DNA from: Eledone cirrhosa | Lineage: Eukaryota | Assembly (NCBI GenBank): GCA_964016885.1 | Contig: OZ024740.1 | Span: 336,784,001 to 336,848,000, forward strand | DNA length: 64,000 nucleotides | Direction of reading: 5' to 3' | In this document: piece by piece, positions 52,020 to 64,000 of the stretch | Layout of the letters: the number at the start of each line of letters is the position of its first letter | Numbering within the stretch: position 1 is the first letter of the stretch | Made by a program: the position numbers and the translations under genes | The notes under the pieces: generated by a model | Told to the model about the DNA's origin: nothing | Database searches by the model: none | What the model saw: only the letters and a program-made list of their open reading frames with translations

Positions 52020-52186
52020 ATCATCATCATCATCATCATCGTTTAACGTTCATGTTCCACGCTTGCATGGGTTTGGACGGGAGTTTTCCCACTTGAGGCA
52101 AGAGTGGTTGTCTTGCTCGCATAGGACTGTCTGGCGGGTTTTCTACAGCTGGATGCCCTTCCTAACACCAACCACATTTACAGTGG
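52020..52186 (-). mobile_element. RTE 3' tail, near-identical to 43863-44022
   Basis: Direct comparison of the two segments. Confidence 0.88.
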
Positions 52187-52446
52187 TGAAAAATAAACAG
52201 ACACACAATAAGATTTCATACAATTTCTGTCTTCCAAATTTAACTCACAAGGCATTGTTAGAACCATAGTTATGGTAGTAGATACTTTCTCAAGGTGCTG
52301 CATAGTAGGATCAAACTCAAAACCATGTGGTTGTGAAGCTAACTTCTGAACCACATAGCCATTCCTATTACCACTCTACAAGTAATTCTTGAGAATATAT
52401 TTAATGAATGAAAAAATAAATGTTTTTATTTTCATTTTTTTCTTAC

Positions 52447-52609
52447 CATTATTCCCAATACTGGAGAAAGAATTTTCTTCAAAGCTTATATCCCAGAAAC
52501 TGTCAACAAAGAATCGGTAGCCATCTTTATGGCTTAACCACTGAATATAAGCTGGAACTTTTCCTTCACTGCGAGAACAAGCATGGCTTACTTTATGGAG
52601 GAAATACCG
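52447..52609 (-). CDS. SREBF: SREBP exon
   Basis: RYFLHKVSHAC...VPAYIQWLSHKDGYRFFVDSFW (cf. [22 protein letters not shown]); phase 0 to 1. Confidence 0.95.
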
Positions 52610-53543
52610 CTGAAAGAGAAGAGATAAATCATAACTTTAATTGAAAAAATTCTAACTTTGGCTTCAGTATCAAAAGATTCTTGAATAAGAATTATTAAAC
52701 AGTAGAAGATGTTAAATAGTAAGTTAGTTATTGTTTTATGTGATTCTCCATGCTTGCATAAGTTAGATGAAGCCTGGAGTTTATCCCGGTTTCATAGGCA
52801 TTAAATGACAGAGTACAAACTATCGCATGACTCACTCTGATCTCTAAACCTCCCAGCTGCTGCTGGTACTCATTTATATCTGAGTGAATTGGAGCAACAT
52901 GAAATGAAGTGCCTTGCTTAAGGAAATAACATATCATGAAGCCCGAGATTCAAGCTCACAGCCTTATAAACATGAGCCATGCCAGTATAGTAAATCAGGG
53001 ATAAAAATGATGAAGGTGATGTTTCGTATTTTGTAAATCATGTAATCAGCTTAGACTTTGATTGTTCTGGGACTTTATTAAGGGAAGATGAGAAAGTGAC
53101 CGTAGAACATTGAAATTAATGTTTCATCAGAATTTACCAACAACAACGTGATGGAAACAGCATGAAATAGCTTCCAATAGCTATTACTAAAATTAAATTA
53201 TATATGCAAATAAACAGTATGGCCATAGTTTAATGACTGAAAACAGAGTGTCATCATCTTCATCGTTTAAGGTCTATCTTCCACACTAGCATGGGTTAGA
53301 CGGGAATTGTCCCATTTGAGGTAAGATTGGTCGGGTGACCATGTCTCGCTCGTATATGACTATCTGGCAGGTTTTCTACGGTTGGATGCCCTCCCTAACA
53401 CCAACCACATTTACAGTGTGGATATATATATATATATATATATACATATATCACTGATGATGATGATATATATATATACACACATCATCATCTGTCTAAC
53501 CCATGCTAGCATGAAAAATGAATGTTAAACGATGATGATGATA

Positions 53544-53575
<32 letters not shown>

Positions 53576-53886
53576 ATGAAGAAATTGTTCTAAAGATAAG
53601 CAATTACTTGAGGACTAATAAAAATGAACAGGGAAATAGTTTTACGATTGAAAAGATTATCTCAGATTAATGATTTTAAACCTAACATTCTCTACATACA
53701 TTTGTTTATCATCATTCATGTTCTTTGTACTTTAAAATACTCAACTAGACATTATTACAGAGCATGGTTGTTTTCAATTAGTAGATTAATAACCGGGAAG
53801 ATTAAGCTAGCTTAAGAACAGTGGGGCCTAATCTACTTAGTGATTTGGTATAAATCTTCAAGTAAGATCAGTAAAATGCAACTCAC

Positions 53887-54053
53887 ACAGAGAGATTTCA
53901 AATTAAAAGGAGCACTCTGATGGATTGTTATAGCAGCTGTAGCATATATCTCAGCTAATGTAGCAGTAGGAAGCATTTCTCCAGCAGCTTCAGCAAGGTT
54001 GACAGCACACAGAGCCAAGTTAATCCCATATGCTGAACTGCCACTAGTGTGAC
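53887..54053 (-). CDS. SREBF: SREBP exon
   Basis: NLALCAVNLAEAAG...ATLAEIYATAA; phase 1 to 0. Confidence 0.96.
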
Positions 54054-55362
54054 CTACGTAAGAGAAAGAGATAAAGATTATAGAACAGAGGGAGGGGGGA
54101 ATAAAAATCTCTGCAAATGAGAAAATCTATGAAAAAAAATGAAGAGCAAAAATGTTTTTTGAAAGTAAATAATTCTCAAGGCAGATATTAAATGCATTAT
54201 AAGTGTCAGGTAACCACAGAATGATCTTAAACAGAAATTCTATTTCAATTTTGAATACATACTTAGCATGCGAGAGAGACGGAGGCAGTAACAATGGGAG
54301 TTTGTTTCTTTTGTGTTCGGACCTGATGTATATATGTGTACATAAGAGAGAAGACTGTGCATGTATTAACACCACCATTACCAGCACCACAGAGCACATA
54401 CAAGTACAAAAGTGTACATGGATACATGCAAGGTAAATATTTAGCATTGTGAAAACAATAATACAGAATATTATTGTTATGCTTTACTGATGTCATGTGT
54501 ATGATTATGACTGAGGCAACACCTACATACCAATATCAACAAGTTTATAGCATTTTGATTATTTTTCCTTGAAGATGGTAACAATGTGTAACATGATCTA
54601 AACATATATGGTAATATGAGCCTACATTGGACTGAACCTCAGTCAAAATCCAGTCACAATAAGATCAAACTTCAATTAAAAGAGTTTCTCTGCTCATGAC
54701 AAGGAATTAATGGTGATGTTAAACCAAATAATGAATTAAATCAACATACACTTTTTATTAAGATTTTATTCATTTAAAATATCCACTATAATATCAATTC
54801 TGCTATGGTCAACACATGTAATAGTTTAACTATGGAACAAAACTGAAAGACATTACCCATTATGCACACAACATTTATATTATTTTACATTAAGTGTGAT
54901 GTATCATCCTTCTCCTCTTCATATTCATCAATATTTTACATCCGTTTTTCCATGTTTGCATATGTTGGATGGGTTTCTTCACCATAGCTTACCTCTATTC
55001 ATTGTGTTCCTTTATCAACTCTTCTGTGAGGTTCAATATTTTGAAATCAGCTCTCACCATTTTTACCTATATTTTCTACCATTTCAGCTTCTTTCTACTG
55101 GGATTTATTGACACTTCTTCATTCAACAATCACCATTTATATATATCACAGGTTCCTACCAGCACAGTCTTCTCTCTTGCACACTACTACTGTTATATAT
55201 ATTTTTTAGAATCCACAGCCCAATGGAGCCGCTACTACAATTTATTCACTGGGACTGTGAAATAATATAGATAAATTATGTCTTCGATTTTATTTCATAG
55301 ATCTGTTTACTTCTTGACATAAAGATAAAAATAACCTAACTTTCAAGGTGGGAGAGGCAACA

Positions 55363-55399
<37 letters not shown>

Positions 55400-55603
55400 C
55401 AAAGAATGCAGTTTCCAAAAATGTTTCCTCTTCAGACTGCACTTTCAGTACTACTATGTGGACAATCATCATGACTAAATAAAGGACAATATATCATTTC
55501 TAACAGTCTAAAGTCCAATGCCACATACTCTGAGGAGGGGACAGCTGATTACATCAGATTTTCTCAATAAATATTATGCAAGAAATTGCTAGAGAGCACT
55601 TAC

Positions 55604-55865
55604 CAGTAAGATGGAGTTGATGAAGTCTGTGGTAAGCTAGAGCAGCATTTACAGCAGACTGTTTCACTTCAGATGCCTCAAATTCTTTCGACCATAGACC
55701 ACCAGCTCTGTTACTTAGCCATCTTCCTAGGTAGATGTAATGTAAAAACTGACGTAAGGAATGCCAAGCCAAACTGGCAACCAGGTCAATCTTAGATGCT
55801 GGAAGGGGTCGACCAAGAGCAAGAAGGCCAAGATGTAACTGTTGAGCAGCTGCTGCATAGTTTCC
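55604..55865 (-). CDS. SREBF: SREBP exon
   Basis: GNYAAAAQQLHLGLLALGRPLPASKIDLVASLAW...AALAYHRLHQLHLT; phase 0 to 1. Confidence 0.96.
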
Positions 55866-57212
55866 CTAGTAATAGAACAATGTAATAAATGAGGATGGTG
55901 AATTCCAAAAAAAAATGAAGATACGATATTACCTTTGTGTAAGTATGGGTAGATAATATATATGATGCCAGGATATTCAAGGGGAAAGAAGCTACAAAAA
56001 AGGAAGATCAAGAAATATCTATGTAGGTGATTTTTCTTTTTAAATAAGTTGACGTAGATGAATTGTAAACAAATCATAGCTAGATAAATAGATAAATTGT
56101 AGTGAGTGAATTCACTAAGAATCAGTTTTTTTAGGGTGGATGGAAGTTTGTTGACTGCTATGGAGAAAAGCTAGTGCTTGCTCACTTAATGACCAGGTTC
56201 CATTCTTGCAACTTGGACATAAAGTGAATTGGTCAGTAAACAAACTCCACAATTAACAACCAGGTTCCAATAGGTAGAAGCAGTGGAAGCTGATCTCAAG
56301 AGTCTAAAGCTCACAAAGACAATAACAGAACGCAACATGATAAGACACTGCTTTAGGGAGGATGCGTCCAACCCATGCATGGGAAAGTGAACATATAAAT
56401 GATGATTATGATGGGGATGATGGGTGACAGAATCTTGCATAGACAAATATCAAATACTTTCTATTGTATTATAATACCATAGATTGGATGGTTGTACAAA
56501 TAATAACATAAAATTATACTTTAACTAAGAAGCTTAAATGATATTTAGCCTTTCCTAAATCAAGGAATAAAAGGCTTTTCTTCAAAGCACGAATAAAAAT
56601 GGTAGTAATATTTGAACTTATGGTTCCATGGTGAGCAGTGTAATTGCTTCAAATACCTATGAATTTTCTTCATAACGGTAGCATAGCTAAATGATTAAGG
56701 TTTTGCTTCACAATCATGAAGTTCCAGATTCAGTTCTACACCATGGTATCTTTGATAAGTATCTTTTACCATTGCCATAGATCAACCCTACCCTTCTAAG
56801 CGAAGTTAGGTAGATGGAAACTGTTTGGAAGCCTGTTGGATGGACTGTATCTTGCCCCACACTGTATCACATACTGAATCTTCCTGAGAATTACATTAAG
56901 AGTAAACATGTCTGTAGAATACTCAGACACTTATATGGTAAAAACAACTGGAATGCACATTGTCAAAACCAACAGAGGTCCATTTATCTTTACCTTTAAT
57001 CTTCTTCAAACTGATATTATAAATGTTCCTACACTGCCCATTAAACAATCATAACTTACACAAGTCTTTCAGCTCTCCTCTTAAATATTTTCCTTCAGAT
57101 ACTCCTGACAAGTTTCTTAGCTCTTCTTTCTCACTTGTTCTACTTCAGATATTCCAGATCAACTTAACCACTTTTTTCTCACAAACAAACCAAATAAAAT
57201 TTAAACACTCAC

Positions 57213-57385
57213 CTGGCTGATGTATTGATCAGATTGTTTTTTGTGTCTCCAGTAAGCTACTGATGCTTGACTGTTCTTAGATTTAACAGGTTCACCATAC
57301 ACAAACATCATTAACAACATGATTAATATGAAAACACTGTTCAAGACTTGTGGCAGGAATGCCCAATATGAGCTCTTTTCTTCAT
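57213..57385 (-). CDS. SREBF: SREBP exon (TM2 and start of regulatory domain)
   Basis: VLNSVFILIMLLMMFVYGEPV...AYWRHKKQSD (cf. FVYGEPV...FWRHRKQADL); phase 1 to 0. Confidence 0.96.
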
Positions 57386-57727
57386 CTGAAAATAAACAGA
57401 AATAATACTAAGTCACTTCCAGACTGCCATATACCAACAACTGCTATCTAGCATAGAAAATGGATGTTAAACAATGATGATGATGATGTCAACCATGATT
57501 ATGTGGTTAACAAGTTCCATTTGCAACCACATGGTTTGGGGTTTGATCTTACTGCATGGCACCTTGGACAAGAAATTTCTACTATAGCCTCAGCACAACC
57601 AATGCCAGTAAACTTGCAGACCAGCCAAAATGGATTGGGCCCTTCGTTGGGATTTTACGAATTACTATACCAACTCTGTACCTCAACATGCATTGAGTAC
57701 TACACTGTACTGCAAACATTTTATTAT

Positions 57728-57729
<2 letters not shown>

Positions 57730-57783
<54 letters not shown>
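57730..57783. repeat. (TA)n microsatellite
   Basis: Directly visible; other (TA)n tracts at ~49683-49722, 53422, 55375 and 58022. Confidence 0.95.
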
Positions 57784-57788
<5 letters not shown>

Positions 57789-58024
57789 CATTTTATGTCC
57801 ATTTTCCATGCTTGTTGGACAGGTTGTCACAGTCCAAGACAATACATGGTTGTATAACCATGTCTTGCTCATACGTTCCATATTTTGGCATGGTGTCTAC
57901 AGCTGAATGCCCTTCCTAACACCAGCCACTTTACAGAGTATACTGAATATATTTTACCATTGTACCAGCACTTTGCAACGTGAGTGTGTGTGTATATATA
58001 CACACTTGTGTGTGTGCATGCATA

Positions 58025-58060
<36 letters not shown>

Positions 58061-58175
58061 CACATACATGCACACACACAAGTTATAATCTAAATGCAGA
58101 GATGATGATGTATTCACTTTTCATCGTAAGTCAAAACAATGGATAACATGACGTAATAAAAACTATGATACTCAC

Positions 58176-58358
58176 GCATAGTTGACTCAAGCAGAAAACG
58201 AGAATCGTGTCGAGAAGACATCCCATAAGAATTTGAATACATTCTGGTGTTCAAGAAAAATCCAAATGGATTGAAGGCTAGAACACCAAACATAAACATA
58301 CAGAGAGCCAAGCGAGATCGGTCAAGCATACCGATGTTGAAAATATGGTCATCAGTCC
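58176..58358 (-). CDS. SREBF: SREBP exon (TM1, S2P and S1P sites)
   Basis: GMLDRSRLALCMFMFGVLAFNPF...SRFLLES contains DRSR, NP and RxxL motifs; phase 1 to 1. Confidence 0.96.
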
Positions 58359-58832
58359 CTGATAAAATAAAAGGATAAAATAATTAGTTTAAAGAAATCT
58401 GTAGAGATAATGAAGCGTTTAGAAAAAAATTATAAACGTTAATTTCTGAAATAAACAATAATTAATCATGTATTTCAAGCTATTGCAGAAAATATTCAAA
58501 CCCAATACACCCACAATGCTTAGCAATGTCAGCTGCTGCATGATACAGCTTTCCCATTATCTATCACCACCTGCTAGTGTTGCTTTCTTCAGTGAAGCAC
58601 AACAAAAGGTCTTTTTCTCCCTTGTCAACAGTAGTGAGAGTGTATTTATCTGTGTGTGCATGTGCAACTGAAAATATGTATGATTTCATATGAAAGTTCT
58701 AAGTGCAATCATGTGGTCACAGGTTGTTTAAGCCCAAGTCAACTCCAATCAAGTAGACATATGATCAAAGGCATTCCAGTCAGAACCACAATCTCTTTTC
58801 TTTTTTTTTGTTTCCAGATATGCCTTGAGGTT

Positions 58833-61417
58833 TCATCATCATCATCATCACCGTTTTACGTCCGTTCTTCCATGCTAGCATGGGTTAGACGGGTTGTCCT
58901 GTTGTGGGCAGTGTCTGGTCGGCTGACCATGCCTTGCTCATACAGGAACTGATTTTGGCTTGATTTCTATAGCTGGATGCCCTTCCTAACACCAACCTCA
59001 TTTACAGTGAGTGCTGGGTGCTTTTTCCGTGGCGCCTACACGTCCACTTTACAGTGTGGGCTGGGTGCTTTTTTGCCTTGGCACCTCCATGACCACCTTG
59101 CAGTGGGAGGGTGTGGGGGCATATTGTCTATATGCTTCAGCTTGTACCCATGGGAGGTCGGGTACTCTGTATTACTGCGTGACGCCAGAGGTCACGGTCG
59201 TGTGTCATCGCCTTGGAGAGGTGTAATTAGGTAAGGTCGGCTTTTATCACCTCATCCCAGGTCTTCTTGGGTCTCCCCACTCCGCGGTTTCCATTGACTT
59301 CTAGTGCTCTGCACCTTTTTATGCAGCTGTCATCCTTCATACGCATCACATGTCCATACCAACGCAACCGCCTATCCTGCACACAGCATTTGATTCCTCT
59401 TATGCTCAGTCTCTCTCTCAATTCATTTATGCTTTGTCGTTCGCGTATATTACTATTACACATCCATCGGAGCATGCAGGCTTCGTTTCTTTCTAATCTA
59501 CGTAAGTCTTCCACCTTCAGCGCCCAGGTCTCACTACCATGTAATATTGCTGTTCGGATACACGCATCATACAGTCTGCCTTTCATTTTGAGGGAGAAGC
59601 CTTTTGCAGCTAGCAGTGGCAGTAGTTCCCTGAACTTCTTCCATCCCATTCTTACCCTAGTTATTGTACTTTCTGAACACCCACCTCCGCTGCTAATTCG
59701 GTCACCTAGGTAGCAGAAGCTCTCTACTGTTTCTACAGAGCCCTCCCAGAGATTGGTGGTACTTGTTTCCTGTGGCTGTTTGCTGCTTGCTGTCCCAGCA
59801 CAGCTGCTGCATGTGAAGCCTACATTCTTAATTAAGCTTCCTGAGATCCCACTACATCTCTTGTGTACCCATTGTTTGCATTTGGGGCAGAGAATGGAGT
59901 TCCTACCTACACCTTTCCTACATACTGAGCAAAGCCATTTCCCTGAGGGGATCTGGGTTCTGTTTTCTCGTTTACTTACAAGGACCTTAGTCTTTGTCAT
60001 GTTGACTTTCAGACCCTTTCTTTCTAGTCCCTGCTTCCAAGTTTGGAATTTCTTCTCTAGTTCTACCATAGATTCAGTTATAAGTGCGAGGTCATCAGCA
60101 TACAGGAGTTCCCATGGGCATCTAACTTTGCTGACTGCTCCACTATACATGGCTTGTACAGCTTTCACAAGCCATTCATCTACTCCTAGTTTTCTAAGAG
60201 TCCACCAGATTACAGCACGTGGAACTCTGTCAAAGGCTTTCTCGAGATCGACAAATGCCAGGTAGAGTGGCTTACTTTTAGCTAGGTACTTTTCCTGTAA
60301 CTGCCTCACAAGGAAGAGGGCATCAGTGGTGCCTCTTCCTGGTACAAACCCAAATTGCATCTCATCTAGTTTCACCCGGTCCCTAATCAACTGTGCTATA
60401 ACTCTTTCTGTTACTTTCATGACCTGGTCCATCAGCTTTATACCTCTATAGTTTCCTCTATCTAGTGCATCACCTTTACCTTTGTAGCAGTTGACAATGA
60501 TGCTACTGCACCAATCTTTTGGTATGACACCTTCTAGTATTACCTGGTTAACAATACGTGTGGTTATAGTGTGACCTACAGACCCAGATGCCTTCAGCAT
60601 CTCGGCAGCTATACCCGATCGACCGGTTGCCTTCCCCATCTTCATATCTTTGATTGCCTTACTTACTACGCTGCTGCTGACTTGTACTGCTGGCCCCTAT
60701 AGGGTCTACTTGGGGTAGGGTCTCTTCTTCCCATGCATTCTCCTCATTTAGTAATCTATCATAATGGCTCTTCCATGCATCTTTCTTCTCAGCACTTGTG
60801 AGGGCAAGCTCACCTTTATCATTCCGGATACACTTCTCTCCAATGACATCACAATTCTCTCTGACACACTGCCTCGCAATCTTGAACACCTCCTGTTTCT
60901 GGTCCTCACGTTGCAAAACATGCTTGAATTTTCTATCCTCTGCTTCCCCCCTAGCTAAGTATACTTGTCGCCTAGCTTCCTTCTTGGTCTCTATGTAATG
61001 TACCCTGCTCCCCCATTCTTCCATTCTTGTCTCTTGGCCTTAACTGCCTCATCTACCTTATTGTTCCACCACCAAGTCACTCTCCTCCTGCTTGTGGTCT
61101 TACTCCAGCCACAGACCTCATCCGTCGCCTCTAGTATGTTATTTTTTAGGAACAGCCATTGAATGTTTCTATCTGTTCTTCTTTACTGTCGTAGGCGTTG
61201 AGTAAAATATCTTTAAATCTGTTACTGGCTGAGGGGTCTTTCAGCTTCCAGATCTTTCTTCTCCAGGTTGGCCTCTGTTTCCAGGTTCGTCTAGTTCTGA
61301 CCGTGAGGTCGCTGACAACTAAGCTATGTTGGGAGGTACATTCCTCACTAGAGTAGGCTTTCGTGTTTACGACCGTCCATCTGTCACGTCGTCTGATAAG
61401 GATAAAATCTATCTGAC
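58833..61417 (-). mobile_element. RTE LINE, 5'-truncated within the endonuclease, with frameshifts and an in-frame RT deletion
   Basis: Endonuclease end QIDFILIRR...SQHSLVVSDL (~61415-61305), WWNN motif, and ORF 59227-60645 with QFGFVPGRGT, FVDLEKAFD and LLYADD. (CAT)n tail at 58833. Confidence 0.95.
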
Positions 61418-62865
61418 ATTAACAATATAATGCAGCAGTTTCCCCCATACACATACACACTCAGATACATACCATTTTTTCCCCACAACTTGGAAGTTTT
61501 ATTGGTATCAGAATGTTGAAATCAAGTACTTTCAATTGTCTTAACCCATTCATACCATATTTGTAATAAAATACATAGCCTATGTATTTTAATTTTTAAC
61601 TCTTATGAAACTACTAGGTTGATACATCAGACTCAATAACATTGCCAAAAGCACTGCAATGGCAACATATCAACCTAAAAGTGTAATGCTCTTCTATTGT
61701 TTTTGATAGTTAACCTATATCTTTTATTATATAGCCAAAAGAGCAATATCGCTAAAAAGGTTAAGAAGATTTTTAGAATAAAATTAGATAAAATTATGAT
61801 GAAATGTTTTAATTGAAATATGTCCACATTAAAAGAAAAGGTTTATATAATAGAATCAGGTTGGCTGGCTGGTATCAAAAGGTTGAGTTAGTACATATAG
61901 AAAATGTGAACTGATTGTATATATTAATCGTTTACTGGTTTCAGTCATTAGACTGTGGGCATGTTGGCTTCCACGTTTTTAGTCAATCATAGTTACTTTC
62001 TCATGACTGGTGTCTATTTTATAAATTTCTTTTTACCAAATTGTTAAATTAGAGGACACAAACAAAGGTGGGGCATGCTTACAATTTTCATCTACCAAAT
62101 TCCAATCACAAGGCATTGGTGGTTGTAAAATAAACACTTTAACCACACAGACATGCCTACACTTTGCATTAATAAATTTCCATTTCACAATATTGTTTAG
62201 ATGGGTACACATTTCCAACATGTGTAAAAGCACATACACAATATGTAAAAAACAGGAATGTTAATAAAAGTCAGTTTTTTTTTTACTGTTTAGCCAGGGA
62301 AAGAAGAGCAATACGCAAGGCATTTAGGGCCTCTGGGACTAGTGGCAAGGAGGAATGTATCCTTAAACCAGACACCAGGCCTGAGTGCTTGCAAAAAAGT
62401 AGACTCTGCTTAAGGTGGGACTCAAGGACCAAATGGTGGTGCAAATTTGAAGAAAAAATATTATATGTATATTCTTCCATTTTCCAATATTAGAAACTTA
62501 TCAGATCAATGCCATATTTTTTTTCTACTCAAAGAGAAATAAAATTTGTGGCGTAACAACTTTGTTTACTTTGCACAGTGAGATTAAATGTGAGGCGAGG
62601 GGTGGCATGTGTGTGTAATATAATAATTTATGGACATTTTCAAATGCATCTATCACTTGGACATCAATAGAGTTAAATGTAAAGTTATATGCATCAGCCA
62701 TGCAGATGTTGTTCTTAGTCATACAAATGGGCATGCTGAAGAAATATTACAGAACATTCTCATTCTATGCAAACTTTACATTTGACTATATTATCATCAT
62801 CATCATCAATATATTTGATGTCAACACCTCTTAATTCAATGTTAAGACTAATCATTCTCAAGATC

Positions 62866-64000
62866 AATATTTACAGCAGTAAGGAAGGTCTATGGAAGGT
62901 CACAATGTTTACAGCAGTGTGGAAGGTCACAATGTTTACAACAATATGGAAAGTCACGTCTACAGCAATATGGAAGGTTACAGGAAGGTTACAGTGTTTA
63001 CAACAGTATGGGAGGTTACAATGTCACCAGCAGTATGGAAGGTCACAGTGTTTACAGCAGTATGGAAGGTCACAGTGTCTACAGCAGTATGGAAGGTCAC
63101 AGTGTTTACAGCAGTATGGAAAGTCACAATGTCTAGAGCAATATGGAAAGTAACAGTGTTTACAGCAGTATGGAAGGTCACAGTGTCAACAGCAGTATGG
63201 AAGGTCACAATGTAAAGAGCAATATGGAAGGTCACAGTGTTTACAGTTGTATGGAAGGTCACAGTGTTTACAACAGTATGGGAGGTCACAATGTCACCAA
63301 CAGTATGGAAGGTCACAATGTCACCAACAGTATGGAAGGTCACAGTGTTTACAGCAGTATGGAAAGTCACAGTGTCTACAGCAGTATGGGAGGTCACAAT
63401 GTCTACAGCAATATGGAAGGTCACAATGTCTACAGTAATATGGAAGATCACAATGTTTACAGCAGTATGGAAGGTCACAATGTCTACAGTAATATGGAAG
63501 GTCACAATGTCTACAGCAGTACGGAAGGTCACAGTGTTTACAGCAGTATGGAAGGTCACAGTGTTTACAGCAGTATGGAAGGTCACAGTGTTTACAACAA
63601 TATGGAAAGTCACGTCTACAGCAATATGGAAGGTCACAATGTCTACAGTAATATGGAAGGTCACAGTGTCTACAGCAGTATGGAAGGTCACAGTGTCTAC
63701 AGCAGTATGGAAGGTCACAGTGTTTACAACAGTATGGAAGGTCACAGTGTCTACAGCAGTATGGAAGGTCACAGTGTTTACAGCAGTATGGAAAGTCACA
63801 ATGTCTAGAGCAATATGGAAAGTAACAGTGTTTACAGCAGTATGGAAGGTCACAGTGTCAACAGCAGTATGGAAGGTCACAATGTAAAGAGTAATATGGA
63901 AGGTCACAGTGTTTACAGTTGTATGGAAGGTCACAGTGTTTACAGTTGTATGGAAGGTCACAGTGTTTACAGCAGTATGGAAGGTCACAATGTCTACAGC
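62866..64000. repeat. 27-bp minisatellite (~42 units, continues past the edge)
   Basis: Consensus ACAGCAGTATGGAAGGTCACAGTGTTT; 9-aa periodicity in the overlapping ORFs. Confidence 0.97.

Larger units (their letters stand above)
32082..58358 (-). other. SREBF: SREBP gene body (3' 11 coding exons; bHLH-Zip exons lie beyond the right edge)
   Basis: Eleven exons with GT-AG boundaries and consistent phases translate into TM1, luminal loop, TM2 and the full C-terminal regulatory domain of SREBP. Confidence 0.96.

Noticed and set aside
62978-63988. 336-aa (TVTFHTAVN)n ORF and overlapping 216-221 aa ORFs as a repetitive protein
   Set aside because: A 27-bp unit without stops in several frames gives open frames on both strands automatically. 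There is no unique flanking coding sequence, and it lies in an SREBP intron.
62866-64000. CRISPR-like array
   Set aside because: Units are contiguous with no unique spacers, the context is eukaryotic, and there are no cas genes.

Overview
AT-rich, repeat-dense animal genomic DNA, most likely an octopod cephalopod (inferred from the RTE-tail/tRNA-SINE landscape, not proven). Two protein-coding genes lie on the minus strand. (1) The 5' part of NIPBL/Nipped-B (cohesin loader) is apparently one uninterrupted frame of at least 980 codons from 2941 off the left edge. The ORF track misses it because it has no stop in the window. (2) The last 11 coding exons of SREBP (58358 to 32082) all have GT-AG boundaries and consistent phases. 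The third-from-last SREBP intron holds a well-formed miR-33 hairpin (42303-42380) with a variant mature sequence and canonically placed Microprocessor motifs. The rest is RTE LINE copies (RT with a PHD-like zinc finger insert), tRNA-derived SINEs, a full-length maT (DD37D-type) transposon, mariner/piggyBac/hAT MITEs, microsatellites, and a 27-bp minisatellite with higher-order structure at the right edge. The strongest signals are the SREBP/miR-33 unit and the intron-less NIPBL; I see no evidence of a wholly new system.
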